Source of the DNA: Malacoraja senta
Lineage: Eukaryota
Direction: 5' to 3'
DNA length: 64,000 nt
NCBI GenBank assembly: GCA_038087875.1
Contig: CM076000.1
Coordinates: 1,860,001-1,924,000, forward strand
Position 1 is the stretch's first letter. Every line of letters begins with the position of its first letter. Below are positions 52,161-64,000 of this stretch, piece after piece. The position numbers and the translations under genes were made by a program. Under the pieces are notes generated by a model, which did not search any database, was not told the DNA's origin, and saw only the letters and a program-made list of their open reading frames with translations.

Positions 52161-52294
52161 TCAGTCTGAGGAAGGGTCCCGTCCTGAAATGTCACCCTCC
52201 TTTTTCTCGAGAGATGCTGCTTCACCTGCTCAGTATTTCAGCACTTTGTGCCTATCTTCAGTATATTCCAGCATCTGCAGTTCCTTTCTATACA
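52161..52294 (+). mobile_element. Short Penelope-derived retroposon, 11-bp TSD
   Basis: AGCATGCACTT at 52150-52160 and 52295-52305. Confidence 0.75.
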
Positions 52295-53390
52295 AGCATG
52301 CACTTCTTGCTTGCCCACATACTTTCAACCCAATCTTGCTCCCCTTCTCCCTTTCAGACTCTCGAAAATTGAAGAATGAAGAGACAGCAGAGATGAGGAC
52401 AAACCAGGCATTTTGACACAGTCACCAACTCAGATACAAATAGTTTGCTTATCATACAGGTTAACTCAAAGGCAGGATCATATGTGGCAAATTAGTAGCC
52501 TTCCGCCAGCCATTGAAACAGCAATAAATCAGTACACTAGAGCAGGCAAAAATCATACAAAAGACTAGCAGTAAGGAGGTCCATAAGAGTAATTAGTTCA
52601 TATCTTTATGATATTTGCATGTTGAGACAAAATATTGCTTTGGAATATGAATGTCAATTTGTCTTTGCTTTGGCATTATAGTCAAGTAGACACTGAAGTA
52701 GGTCAGCAAAAGAGAATAGATAAGACGGAAACTGTTAGGAATGCAGAAATCCTTTGGTATTTACTGATGAATTGATCACAGATAGTCTGAAAGGGACTTA
52801 GTAAAATGCCTACTAGCTTCCTCCCACTATACAGTTGTTAGGGATGAACTCACACAATTGCAAGATTGTGGAGCATATATTACATAGCAATGAATCCAGA
52901 GACCAATTCAGCTGAGAACAGCAGGGCTCCCTCAAGAGAATCATTACTCAAGTACAATCCATTCTATTAGATTGTGGGTGGAAGCAGGACATGTATTATA
53001 TCCATATTGCCTTCAGGTGTGTGGGTTGTGCAGTGAAGCCAAGATTGTTCATTGTTAGCAGACAATTTTTTGTCAGGTAGCATGCACTTTTTTTGCTTGG
53101 CGAGTGAGTTGAAATATAGATGGAATAATAGACTGCCACAGAATTAAAGCATAATGATTGTTGCCAGAATATCACACATGAACCTGTATAATATTCTGTG
53201 TATGTCTAAACATCAGCTGGACATTGAGGCAGGGAAATATCTTCCGGTTGAATTATACCATTGTTGTAACTTGGCACATGAAAAGTGAAATAAGAAAGGT
53301 GAATGGCATCCAAAAACAAAAGGGAAGCCTGCAAATCTTGAAAAGCTGCATTCTCACTTCATCTTATGTTCTCCAGTAGGGAGAATTGTA

Positions 53391-53878
53391 TCTAGAAACA
53401 AGGAACTGCAGATGCTATTTTACAAAATAAAAAGACACAAAGTTCTGGAGTAACTCAGCAGGTCAGGCAGCATCCCTGGAGAACATGGATTGGTTACATT
53501 TCCAGTCTAAAGAAGAGTCCAGACCAGAAACATTACCTATCCATGTTCTTCAACATTACTCATCTATGTTCATGGTTCATGTCACCCATTCCTTCTTCTC
53601 TCCAGAGATGCTGCCTGACCCGCTGAGTTACTCCAATACTGTGTCTTCCCCAGCCAACAATGGGCCATTATGCAATCCACCCTCCCTGAGATCATCTGTT
53701 GCCAGCCCTGTTTTTTTTCTGGCCTTCTCTATCTTTCAGTCTGAAGAAAGGTTCCAACCAGAAATGTCATATTCCTTTTCTCCATAGATGCTGCTTGACC
53801 TGCTGAGTTACTCCAGCATTGTGTGTCTATCTTCGATATAAACCAGCATCTGCAGTTCTTTCTTACACACGGTGTCTT
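53391..53878. mobile_element. Penelope-derived element with inverted plus partial tandem terminal repeats
   Basis: AGAATTGTAT on both sides; three copies of the terminal repeat. Confidence 0.7.
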
Positions 53879-54249
53879 AGAATTGTATGTATTTAGCATT
53901 CCTGCATTAAAAAGAGGCTAGTGTCTGAGATCCAATAATGTGCGGCAAACATGTTTAAGTGCTTTCACTAGACTGGAATGAGCCTTCCCATAGAAGTTGA
54001 AGGTGGGTGTGACCTTAACAGCCACTGGCAGAGTGATTCTGATCCTACTCTGCTTTGAGTGGCTGAAGTGCATAATATCACAATGAAGTAGTATCTAATG
54101 AATCTCAAAGGGACGTGGCTGTAGCGGTGATTACCTTGCATTATTCCTTGCCTAGAAAGACGTTGCTATAGGAATCTCAAAGGAAGATGTAGTTGAGATT
54201 CTAAATGAGCTGAATTTTAATAAAGGAGAGATAGTAGGATGGTTAAAAT

Positions 54250-54732
54250 AAAACAAAGTGCTAGAGTTACTCAGCGGGCCAGGCAGCTTCTGTGGAGGGA
54301 ATGGATGGGCAAAGTTTCGGATCAGGAATTTTCTTCCTTTTTGTAGTGGGGTAGAAAACTGGAAAAGAGGTGGGGGCGGAACAAAACCTGGCCAATAATA
54401 GGTGGCTACAAGTGAAAAGGGGTTTGATAGGCAGATGGGTGGATAAAGGCTAGGTATGAAAAGGAAACAAAATGGTGTCAGATGAGGATTGGAGCTAATG
54501 TAAAGCCAGAGGGAACGAAATAGGTGGAAGAGGATGGTGGGGGTAAAAGGGCAAGGGGGATAGAAATGGATATGTACCAGGGAAGGGGACAGAAAAGGGG
54601 AAAATAAAAGGGGAGGGGGGGCGGGGATGTTCCCTCAAATTGGAGAATTCAATGTACATACAATTGGGTTTGTAGTGGAATATGAGGTGCTGTTCCTCCA
54701 GTCTCCATATGTTCTCTCTCTGGCAATGAAGG
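54250..54732 (-). mobile_element. Penelope-like 3' fragment (older)
   Basis: LHCQRENIWRLEEQHLIFH in ORF 54495-54812. Confidence 0.7.
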
Positions 54733-55484
54733 ATGATTAATTGCCTATAAAGTGAATAAATCACCTGCGGTGTCTGATACTTCCCAGGTTGCAGAGTGAA
54801 TGAAAAATGCACACTCTTGCCACAATCTTAGACAGTAAAGATTCAGATTTAATGCCTGGGGAAAATTGCAAAATCGGATGTTTGGATTAATCCTAATACT
54901 CCGGACAAGTCAGTTCCGCCTCAGGGGGTGGGTGGGTGGGGGGGGGGGGGGGAGGGAGAGTTATAGGAACAGGAATCATGGACAGAATTAGTCGTCACTT
55001 AGAAACATGATTAGACGAAGCTTGCATGGATTCGTTATCAGAGTTGAAAGATTTATTTTAAGGAAATTACAGCGAGGATCAATGAGTGAAACAGGATTAA
55101 TATGGCACAGAAGATAGACAAAAAACATGGAGTAACTCAGCGGGACAGGCAGCATCTCTGGAGAGAAGGAATGGGTGACGTTTTGGGTCGAGACCCTAAT
55201 ACCGCACGTGGACATTTCCCAATAGCCTCATCATCAAGATTGAAGTCAATAGAATAAAAGACATAACAATATGGATGATAAACTGCCTGACTAAAAGAAA
55301 TGCAGTAGATTTACAAAAAAGATTTAATGAAATGATGACAGGCATGAGCGACTTCAGTTATGTGGTTAATCGGGAGAAACTATTCTTGCAAGGGGAACTG
55401 ATGGAGATATTTAAAATCATGAAGGGTACTGCCAGAGAAATAGTTCTGTTTTAGAATCAAGAACTGTGGAAAAAGAATAAAGAT

Positions 55485-55795
55485 TAGTCTAGAAATATAG
55501 CATGGAACCAGGCCCTTTGGCCTGCCATGCCAATGTCGACCATCGCTCACCCATTCACACTAGTTACAGATTATCCCACTTTCGCATCCATTCCCTATAC
55601 ACCAGGGGCAATTTTACAGGCGAATTAACCTACAAACTCACATTTTTGGAAAATGGGAGGAAACCGAAACATCCGAAGGAAACCCATACAGACACAGGGG
55701 AGAACATGCAAACAGCACACAGACAGCACCCAAGGTCAGGTGCGAACCTATGTCCCTGGCTCTGTGAAGCAGCAGCTCTACCAGCAGCACTGCCA
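55485..55795 (-). mobile_element. HE1-like V-SINE (older)
   Basis: Similar to 46045-46375. Confidence 0.7.
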
Positions 55796-56800
55796 GCATT
55801 ACTGGACTTATATTAGGGAATGTAACCAGTCAAGTGGAGGGAAATTCTTAGAGATGGTGACCATAACTCTGTACATTTCAAAATGTTTGTGGAAAAAGAT
55901 AAGATAGAAAGATAATGGTGCTGGAGAGGGTGCAAGTGTTGTCTGGGATGGAATCGTTAGGAGGACAAACAGGAGGGGCTAGGTCTGTTTTCTCTGCAAT
56001 GGTGAAGGTCAAGAGGGGGCATGACTTAAGAATACAAAGCTAAGAGGGTAGAGCGCAGGAAACTTTCTCCCAATTTAACGGGTAGATAAACCAAGAGGAA
56101 ACAGATTTAGGGCAAGGGGGAAGAGATTTAGAGGATCTGAGGGGGACCTCTTTCATCCAGAGTGTGGTGAATAACAGAAATACACTGCTTGAGAGAGAGG
56201 TGGACAGAATCACTAAGAGCATTCGATGAGCATCTGAATTGATGACTGTGTACCAAGTGCTGGAAATTGACCGCTCTTATATACAGCTGGCAGACTTCTT
56301 CGGCTGAATAGCCTCCTTTTGTGTTGCAACCATTCAGTGGTTAAGTCCGTCTAGCAATGTTTCTTGCCAAGATATAGTTAGAAGTACCCAAGAGCAACTT
56401 CAGTGGAAGTGGCTTCCTGCTGAGAGTCCTTTATCCCACTACTCTTCTGGAAGGTTTCCCTATCCGCGCACCATCAGTTCATTCACAGTCACACTGCATT
56501 CCTGCATTTATGTCTGGATACAACCACATGTAGAAGCCTTTAAATCAAGACAAACCCCGCTGCCTACTGGTGCACTTTGCAAACCATCGATTTTACTTCG
56601 GAGTCACGTGAGTGACTACGTGAAGAACCCCGCCAGTGCGCCTGCGCGTCATTACGTCAGACGCCTTGACGCAAACGGACGTGAGGAGCAGAGCTCCTAC
56701 AGTGGTTTGTAGTTTTTCAACTACAAGGTAAGTAGAAACTTTTTTCATGTTTTCCAGGTCCGTTTACTGTGGATCTATGGGGATTTTTTCCACAGACGCC

Positions 56801-58070
56801 ATGGAAAAAACGGACAGGGGGAAGAGGTGAGCGACACAGCCGACAGAAGTCGGGAAAGTCGGGAGTCTGCGGTTAGAGACCAACCGCCTCTAAACCCTGG
56901 TACAGTCGCCAGCGGTGAGCATAGCGACTGTGGACCTGGGGCTGGTGAAAACACAGTCAGCGCCTGTCGGGCAAAAGACAAAGTTTAAATCCCAACGGCC
57001 CACGGAGGGAGTCCCAGGCAATGGAAGTAGCTCCAGGGCTAGATACTGCTTTCGAGCGTATTGCCCAAATAGAAAGCCTTTTACATAGGCTGTTGGAGCA
57101 AAGTTCACTCAGGGAGGAGTGTACTGAAAGCCTAGCTGCTGGAAGCAGCTCAAACAGCTCCTGGTACAGGGCTAGATACTGCTTTCGAGCGTATTGCCCA
57201 AATAGAAAGCCTTTTCCATAGGCTGTTGGAGCAAAGTTCACTCAGGAAGGAGTGTACTGTAATCCAAGCTGCAGGAAGCAGCTTAACAGCACCTGGCTCA
57301 GGGCTGATGGAATGCACCCTCAGGAATGAGGAGCGTGCTACGGGTCATGAGATTTCAGACCCGACTCTGACGGTGAGGCTGTACAAGGTGATGAACGGCA
57401 GCTGCCAGATGTTCCACCCCTGGCAGTAGGATTCGCTGCCCCGTCAGGGTCAGGAGAGCCATTAGGAGAAGAACTGGCCTCCTTAATAAATTACTTGGTT
57501 TACCATCAGCTGGAACAGCAGGAGATGGATGAGACTGCAAGAAAACAGGAGACCCCAAGTAACTGTGGGTTGCTGAAAGCAGCAGCAGTGAACCAAATTA
57601 TCTGGAATCAGTTGCAGAGAATATTAAAGCTGCTGGTTCTGGAATAACTGCTTTTACCACAATAGCAGGTAACAGCCAAGAGATGACGAAGTTGCATCAG
57701 GAAGCACTGGGGTTGCTATGCAGCACCCACTTCGAGATCAATTATCTGAGGAAAGTGCTATACGGCCTACTATGAATCCGAAATTCGCAGCACTCTGCAA
57801 ACCAAGTAATATACAATTACCCAACTTACTCTTTGGAGAGGATCTCGGGAGACGTATTAAAGAGTTGGAAGATGAAGCGAAAACAGGATTGATAAAAACA
57901 TCAATGGTTGCAAAGTCTGTAAAGAGGAAGTATCCTTTCAGACATCATACGGATCCTAGACCAGGACCAAGTCGCTCATCAACGCAGGGACGTAGCTGGC
58001 GACCTGCAGCGGGAGTAAGGACCAGTGGTGGTGCTTCCGGGAGAATCCAGGCATCTCAGAATACTCAAAT
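56801..58070 (+). pseudogene. DIRS ORF1 (gag-like), disrupted
   Basis: IRPTMNPKFAALCK..LLFGEDL motif typical of DIRS ORF1; position upstream of RT. Confidence 0.6.
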
Positions 58071-59480
58071 GACTCAAGAGGTAGGTGGACCTGGTTCTCA
58101 GGGGAACATACTAACTGGATTACGTCCAAAAGTTGGAGGCAGATTACGTCTCTTCTATAAACATTGGAAGAAGATTACTTCAGATGTGGTAATTCTGAAT
58201 AATATACAAGGATTTCGAATTGAATTCAATCCAAATTATGATTTGCCTGTCCAGCATGTTCCTAGCAGAACTCTCCACTTTGCGATAATGGAGGTTCAAG
58301 TTGCGCTTCAAAACCCCATATATAAACGGTGTTATTGAAGAATCAGTCTACCAAATTCACCAATTTGGGTCAAATATATTCCCTCGATCAAAAAAGGATG
58401 GAGGATGTAGGATTATTATAGACTTGACAAGTCTGAATCCTTTTGTTCAGTGTCTGTTCATTTGCAAGATAAAAGTATCTTAAATTTACATGGATGAACC
58501 AATTAGGGCAGTTTAAAGCTCTGCCTAATGGGTTAACGTTCCCTCCCAGAATATTCATAAAATTGTTAAAATCAATTCTGGGGTTGCTGAGAGCCAGGGG
58601 CATGTACTAATGGCATACCTGGATGATGTCCTGATTATAGGAAGGACAAAACAGTCAACAGAAGCATCGGTTGCAGTAATAAAATCAAACTTTTGAAAGT
58701 TTGGGGGTTTCTAAATTCATCCAAAGAAATCAAGGTTAAAAACATGTACCTCGATTGATTATTTGGGGTTCACAATTGATTTAGCCCAAATGCAAATTAC
58801 TTTGCCCAGTGAAAAAAGGGTGGAGTTGATTAAAGATTGCAGTAATCTGTTAAATGAGCAAAAACCTCTAATCAGACAGGTGGCTCGAGTACTGGGAAAA
58901 TTAGTAGATTCCCAGCAGTCCAGTATGGACCATTACATTATCAGCAGCTGCAGAGAATCAAAGAACAGGCACTGAGAGTAAATGCTGGTCATTTTGATAG
59001 AACCATGCAAGTAACAACAAATGCTGTTTCTAAGCTACAGTGGTGGATTCTACATGTCTCAAGCAGTTCAGGCAAAGTGCTGATTGAACAACATTCCATG
59101 ATATTACAAACTGATGCCAGTGCACTAGGATGGGGTGCAACTGACTTAACATGGAGCTGCAGAGGCAGATGGAATCAGGAAAAGTTAGTGTTACTGCAGA
59201 CATGGGGAATTACCTATTTGGAGCTTTTAGGAGGTTTCTATGGACTCCAAGCTTATGGTTCTAACACAACTAAAAGGAAGGTTTGTTCAAATTAATAAAC
59301 ACAACAGTAGTTGCCTATATTATGATATGGGTGGAATTAAGTCGGTGTCATGTGACAAAATGGTTAAATCAACTTTGGTCTTGGTGCATTGAAAAGAACA
59401 TTTGGATTTCAGCTATCTATCTACCAGGTAGAATGAACACGATAGCAGACACCAGGTCACGAAAAGTTCCATGATAATAA
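58070..59480 (+). pseudogene. DIRS reverse transcriptase / RNase H, disrupted
   Basis: VGGRL, KKDGGCRIIIDL, AYLDD at about 58613, LGFTID, QTDASALGWG, YLPGRMNTIAD. Confidence 0.9.
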
Positions 59481-59487
59481 AGAATGG

Positions 59488-59808
59488 ATGTTGAATCAAG
59501 AGGTATTCAATGATATAGTAATCAGATTTGGAATGACCGACATCGACTTGAATCATCAGCTATCGAGATATGTCTCATGGAAACCAGATCCAGGAGCAGT
59601 GGCGATTGATGCTTTCTCGCTACATTGGGGTGGTATGTTTTCATATATATTTCCACCTTTCTGCCTCATAAGCCAATGTTTGCTTAAAATCAGGCAAGAT
59701 GCTGCTTCAAGGGTATTGGTCGTACCAGATTGGCCTACACAGCCATGGTATCCGTTGATATTAGAATTAACAACACAAATGTTGATGAAAGTCCCAAAAA
59801 AAGAGTAA
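59488..59808 (+). pseudogene. DIRS DAM-like methyltransferase domain
   Basis: DIDL, AIDAFSLHW, YIFPPF, VVPDWPTQPWYP. Confidence 0.85.
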
Positions 59809-59870
59809 TTTATTGCTGCACCCTGTACAGGGGAACAACATCCATTATATGATCGTTTGGATTTGTTGAT

Positions 59871-60838
59871 TTGCAGGTTTTAAGAATGCCTTTTCTGGGA
59901 CGAGGACTGTCTGAGCATACTGTGGACGTGCTTACGGCAGCCTGGAGGAAGAGCACTCAAAAACAGTACCTTTCTTATATTAAGAAATGGGAAGTTCTGT
60001 ATACAAAAGAATGTGCAATAAAGTACTGCAGATATTTCAAATGTTTAGAATTTCTGTCAAAACTTTATTATGATGAAGGTCTGAGTTGTAGTGCAATTAA
60101 TTCAGCCAGAAGTGCATTGTCCTCATATTTGGTTCTGGATTCAGAAAAAAACTGAATTGGGTCACACCCAATTGTTTCCAGACTAATGAAAGGAATCTTT
60201 AATTCCAAACCACCGAAACCTAGGTACGTGTCAATCTGGGATGTAAGTGTGGTACTGAAACTACTTCATGAATGGTCATCAAGTGTGTCTTTACCTTTGG
60301 TCAAGCTCAGTTTGAAAGTATTCATGCTTATGGCATGAGTGACAGCACAACGAGTGCAAACACTTGGAAAATTACAAATAGACAGTATGGAAGTAACTGA
60401 AGACAAGGTTACATTCTATATCTATGACCTACTAAAGTAAATTAGGCCAGGTGTGACAGGATTTAAAATTATGCTAGCAGCATATCCAAATGATCCATGT
60501 CTCTGTATTAAGACATATTTATTACAATACATTGAGGTCACAAAGAATTTGAGAATACGGGAACTGGGTTGTTGATCACACACAAGAAACACACAAGAGA
60601 GTTTCAATACAGACTATTTCCAGATGGATAAAAGAAGTCTTAACAGCTGCTGGTATTAACACTTATGTTTTTACGTCTCACTCGACTAGGGCAGCAGAAA
60701 CGGCCAGGGCAAAAGACGTCCCCGTCGACCATATCCTCGCAGCCAATGAGGTCCAATGAGTTGATGTTTCAACATTTTTACCATCGGCCTATTGTTAATG
60801 CGGGGTTGTTTTCAGAAACTATTTTAAGTTCTGTGTAA
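59871..60838 (+). pseudogene. DIRS tyrosine recombinase, disrupted
   Basis: AWRKSTQKQY, INSARSALS, PKPRY..WDV, AQRVQ, TISRWIK, SHSTRAA (about 60676). Confidence 0.9.
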
Positions 60839-61677
60839 ATTCCTCTAATTTAAAGGGGATCTGATTAATTTCATTATTGAAATGAATTACTGCATTTGTG
60901 GTACAAATGTTATTATGAATGCATGATTGATTATTCTCGTTCCGAGTCAATCTATGCAGTGAGAAGCCGGGATTGATCCACGGCATGAAATCACAAAGCT
61001 TTAAAATCTTCACGTAGTCACTCACGTGACTCAGAAGTAAAATAGTAAGATTAAATGAGAACTTACCTAAGTTTGAAGTTTGATCTTAATTTTATGAGGA
61101 GTTACGTAGGTGATTACGTGCCCACCACGACCCTACCCTCTATCATAAAAGTCAGATGGAAGTTCTTGTATTACTCGTTTTATTATGAGACTATATTACT
61201 TCGGTTGTTGTTTTTTGTGATTTCACACCGCTGCTTTGAAGATTGACGCGCAGGCGCACTGGCGGGGTTCTTCACGTAATCACCTACGTAACTCCTCATA
61301 AAATAAAGATCAAACTTCAAACTTAGGTAAGTTCTTGTTTAATCTTACTATTATACTGGTTAGAGTTATCATTTGTCATAATAGTGGACTGCATACCACT
61401 TGCAGCAAATCCAAGAGATTGAAATTGAAATTGAAATTGAATGCAAATCCGCAACACAGCAGCCAAACAACTGAGGACAGCAAGCAGCTGAATTTGTAAG
61501 CAATAAATCTTATTGTTGGTCAGCACCCAAAAAAATTACCACGATAGGTTCAATGGTGGGCACCCACAAATAAACTAGCATCCAAGCCGTGGACAAACTA
61601 TGATTTAGACACAAATACAGCATGGAAATAGGCCCTTTGGTCCATCGAGTCCGTGCCGACCAGCGAACACCCATTAC

Positions 61678-62688
61678 TTTTTTTTTTTTTAAATTTGTAT
61701 TTTATTAGAAGTACATTACATTACAACCACATACATTAGTACTTGTCATTTATATCTTCTTACAATTAATGTACTCCATTTATTTTTTACACTAGAAAAG
61801 GAAAAGATTGAAAGAAAGAAGAAAGTGAAGGAAAAAGTGGAAGTGTAGGAAATGTGACAACAAAAAAGGACGAAGACCCTATAAGAGCAAAATTAAAAAC
61901 AAAAGAAAAAGAGTTAAGAAATAGACCCTAGGAAAGAAAGAAAGAGGAAAAAGAGAGAAACAAATATTTTTATGAGCATTACGCAAATTGGACATACCAA
62001 CTCTTCAACTATCATCCCCCCTTACCTGACCTCAATTTTTTTTTTTAAAGTACTTTTGCACCCTATGTTTGTAATAATTCTATAAATGCAGACCACGTCA
62101 GGTGGAAATGATCTGGTTTACCTGAGTCTTATCTCTTCTAGGTGTAATGTTTCAAACATATTTGAAAATCCACATATTTATAGTTGGTATTGGAGCCTTC
62201 TTCCAAAATTTTAGAATTAGCTTTTTTCCAGTTATTAACCCATAGTCCATTAGTTTCTTTTGAAACACATTTAGTTCTGGACCATCTTCCGTTATACCGA
62301 AGATAATCCATTCTGCTTTGGGTATCAGTCTTGTTTTAAATAACTTTGTAAAGATTTCAAAAATTTCATTCCAAAATGTTTGAATTTTTGTACAAGAAAC
62401 GAATGAGTGCGTTATGGTAGCTTCTTGGGATTGACATTTATCACAAATAGATGATACATTTGGGAAAATTTTATGAATTTTAGTTTTCGAATAATATAAT
62501 CTATGTAAAATTTTAAATTGTATTAAAGTGTGTCTTACATTAATCGAGCATTTATGCACGTTTAATAAGTATTCATTCCAACTTTCCTTTGAAATTTTAA
62601 TAGCTAACTCTTGTTCCCAGTCTCTTCTGATACCCTCCGTAGATGGTATTTGTGCATTTAAGATAATATTATACAAATATGATATTAA
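61678..62688 (-). mobile_element. L1-clade LINE 3' fragment with poly(A) and 14-bp TSD
   Basis: TSD CGAACACCCATTAC (61664-61677, 62689-62702); ORF 62152-62676 with QFKILHRLY and CxxC..H..C knuckle. Confidence 0.9.
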
Positions 62689-62757
62689 CGAACACCCATT
62701 ACACCAGCACTATCCTACACACTAGGGAAAATTTACTATTTTTACCAAAGCCAATTA

Positions 62758-63676
62758 CCGCATTTCCCGGCAATGAAGACGCTATTTTTAACCCCAAAAT
62801 AAGGCACAAAAATTTACCTGCTGCTTGGAGGCCGAAGGTAAGGTTGTTAGCCAAGAAAGATAGACTTGGCTATCCCTCCGTACAGCAACATCAAGAACGA
62901 TGTTGCTGTACTGAGGGATAGCCAAGTCTATCCCTCATTGCTGGTAGCTGATGGGATGCGGCTGTAAAGTGGGAAGCGGCTGTAAAAGGACAGCGCTGCT
63001 GGGGTGGGGGGGGGGGGGGTGGGGGAGAGTTCCTTTCACAGCATGTGGGGAGTCTGGCCCAGGTCAGCACAGCCTGGGTTGCACAACTTGGCTGGATGCC
63101 AGGGGGAAAGTTGCGGGGAGGGCAGGAGCGTTGAGAAGGAGGGGGTCGGGGATCATGCCAGCAACTCACTCACTCACCGCTGCCGCGGAGCCACCGCATT
63201 GTGGCCGGGGAAGGAAGTAGCTCGGGTGGCTGCGAGCGACCGCCGGGACCGGACCCGGTCGCGACCTCAGCGCCTTCTGCCGGCCCGCCCGCCAGCCAGT
63301 CACGGTGTTCTTCGGCACAGGCGCAACCGGTGGAGGTGCTGGTTGGCGGGTAGCTACTGGGCTGCTGGCTGCTCCGTCCCGGGCTCGCTCTCTCTCTCTC
63401 TATCTCTCTACTAGTCCCGGGGCATGCGACCTGGGCGCTACAGCCAGTCCCAGGGCAGGCGACCTGGGAACTGCAGCTAGTCCCGGGGCAGGCGACCTGG
63501 GAACTGCAGCTAGTCCTGGGGATGCGAGGGATCTGGGAACTGCAGCCAGTCCCAGGGCACGCAGGCGATGTTGTCGACCCCTGGACTAAACCAAACCCTT
63601 GATCCTGTCTCGCCATCCTTTTCTCGAAATTTAGCAACTTAAATTGGGGGTGCGTCTTCATTGCCGGGAAATACGG
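62758..63676. mobile_element. Non-autonomous Tc1/mariner (Tc2/pogo-like) element
   Basis: TA|CCGCATTTCCCGGCAATGAAGACGC ... GCGTCTTCATTGCCGGGAAATACGG|TA; about 30-bp tandem array at 63410-63560. Confidence 0.9.
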
Positions 63677-63786
63677 TAACCTACAAACCTGTACGTCTTT
63701 GGCGTGTGGGAGGAAACTGGAGCATCCGGAGAAAACCCATGCAGTCACAAGGAGAACGTAAAACTCTGTACAGACAGCACCCATAG

Positions 63787-64000
63787 CAGGCACATGCCGT
63801 CAGGGTAGGCAAGGTAGGCACCGCCTACCCTGACTAAAATTATAAAATGTAATTGTTAAATATAAATAATAAAGGCATGGGAGAATTATGCCTATCTACG
63901 AGATCGATCTCTTAGGTAGGCATAATTCTCCGTGCCTTTCATCCGCAGCACTTGTAACCCTTGAAGGTCTGTGCAGCTCACGTGCCGTCGACGCTGCTTC
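63787..64000. mobile_element. Left end of a probable DNA transposon (hAT-like), truncated by the window
   Basis: SINE homology stops abruptly at CAGGCACATGCC; repeated GGTAGGC motifs and two hairpins. Confidence 0.5.

Larger units (their letters stand above)
56591..61350 (+). mobile_element. DIRS1-like tyrosine-recombinase retrotransposon, full length, ORFs decayed
   Basis: Left ITR 56591-56651 inverted to 61244-61303; internal complementary region 61007-61120 matches both termini; gag-RT-RNaseH-MT-YR order. Confidence 0.95.
61605..63786 (-). mobile_element. HE1-like SINE fragmented by three later insertions
   Basis: Pieces 61605-61677, 62689-62757 and 63677-63786 are colinear with intact copies. 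Confidence 0.8.

Noticed and set aside
63410..63560. About 30-bp periodic array that could suggest CRISPR
   Set aside because: Head-to-tail minisatellite with no unique spacers, inside a eukaryotic transposon

Overview
Repeat-dense eukaryotic DNA. The repeat families (HE1-type V-SINEs with CR1 tails, Deu-SINEs, CR1, L2, Rex1/Babar, Penelope) point to a cartilaginous fish, probably a skate or ray; this is an inference from recognition, not a database result. There is no intact, identifiable host gene; only a few short candidate exons on the minus strand (about 9.5-28.6 kb) could be found. The window holds a decayed Tc1 transposon with long IR/DR ends, a full-length but decayed DIRS1-type tyrosine-recombinase retrotransposon with intact termini and ICR (56591-61350), a non-autonomous Helitron, a 3.3-kb hAT-like element with a 5-bp TSD, several MITEs, multi-level nested insertions and a 200-N gap. 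The most striking signals are RNA structures. (i) A 140-bp TSD-flanked SINE (21891-22030) starts exactly with a minimal 54-nt HDV/CPEB3-type self-cleaving ribozyme fold. (ii) An abundant family of short Penelope-derived retroposons carries minimal hammerhead-ribozyme cores. All calls were read by eye; boundaries without a stated TSD are approximate.
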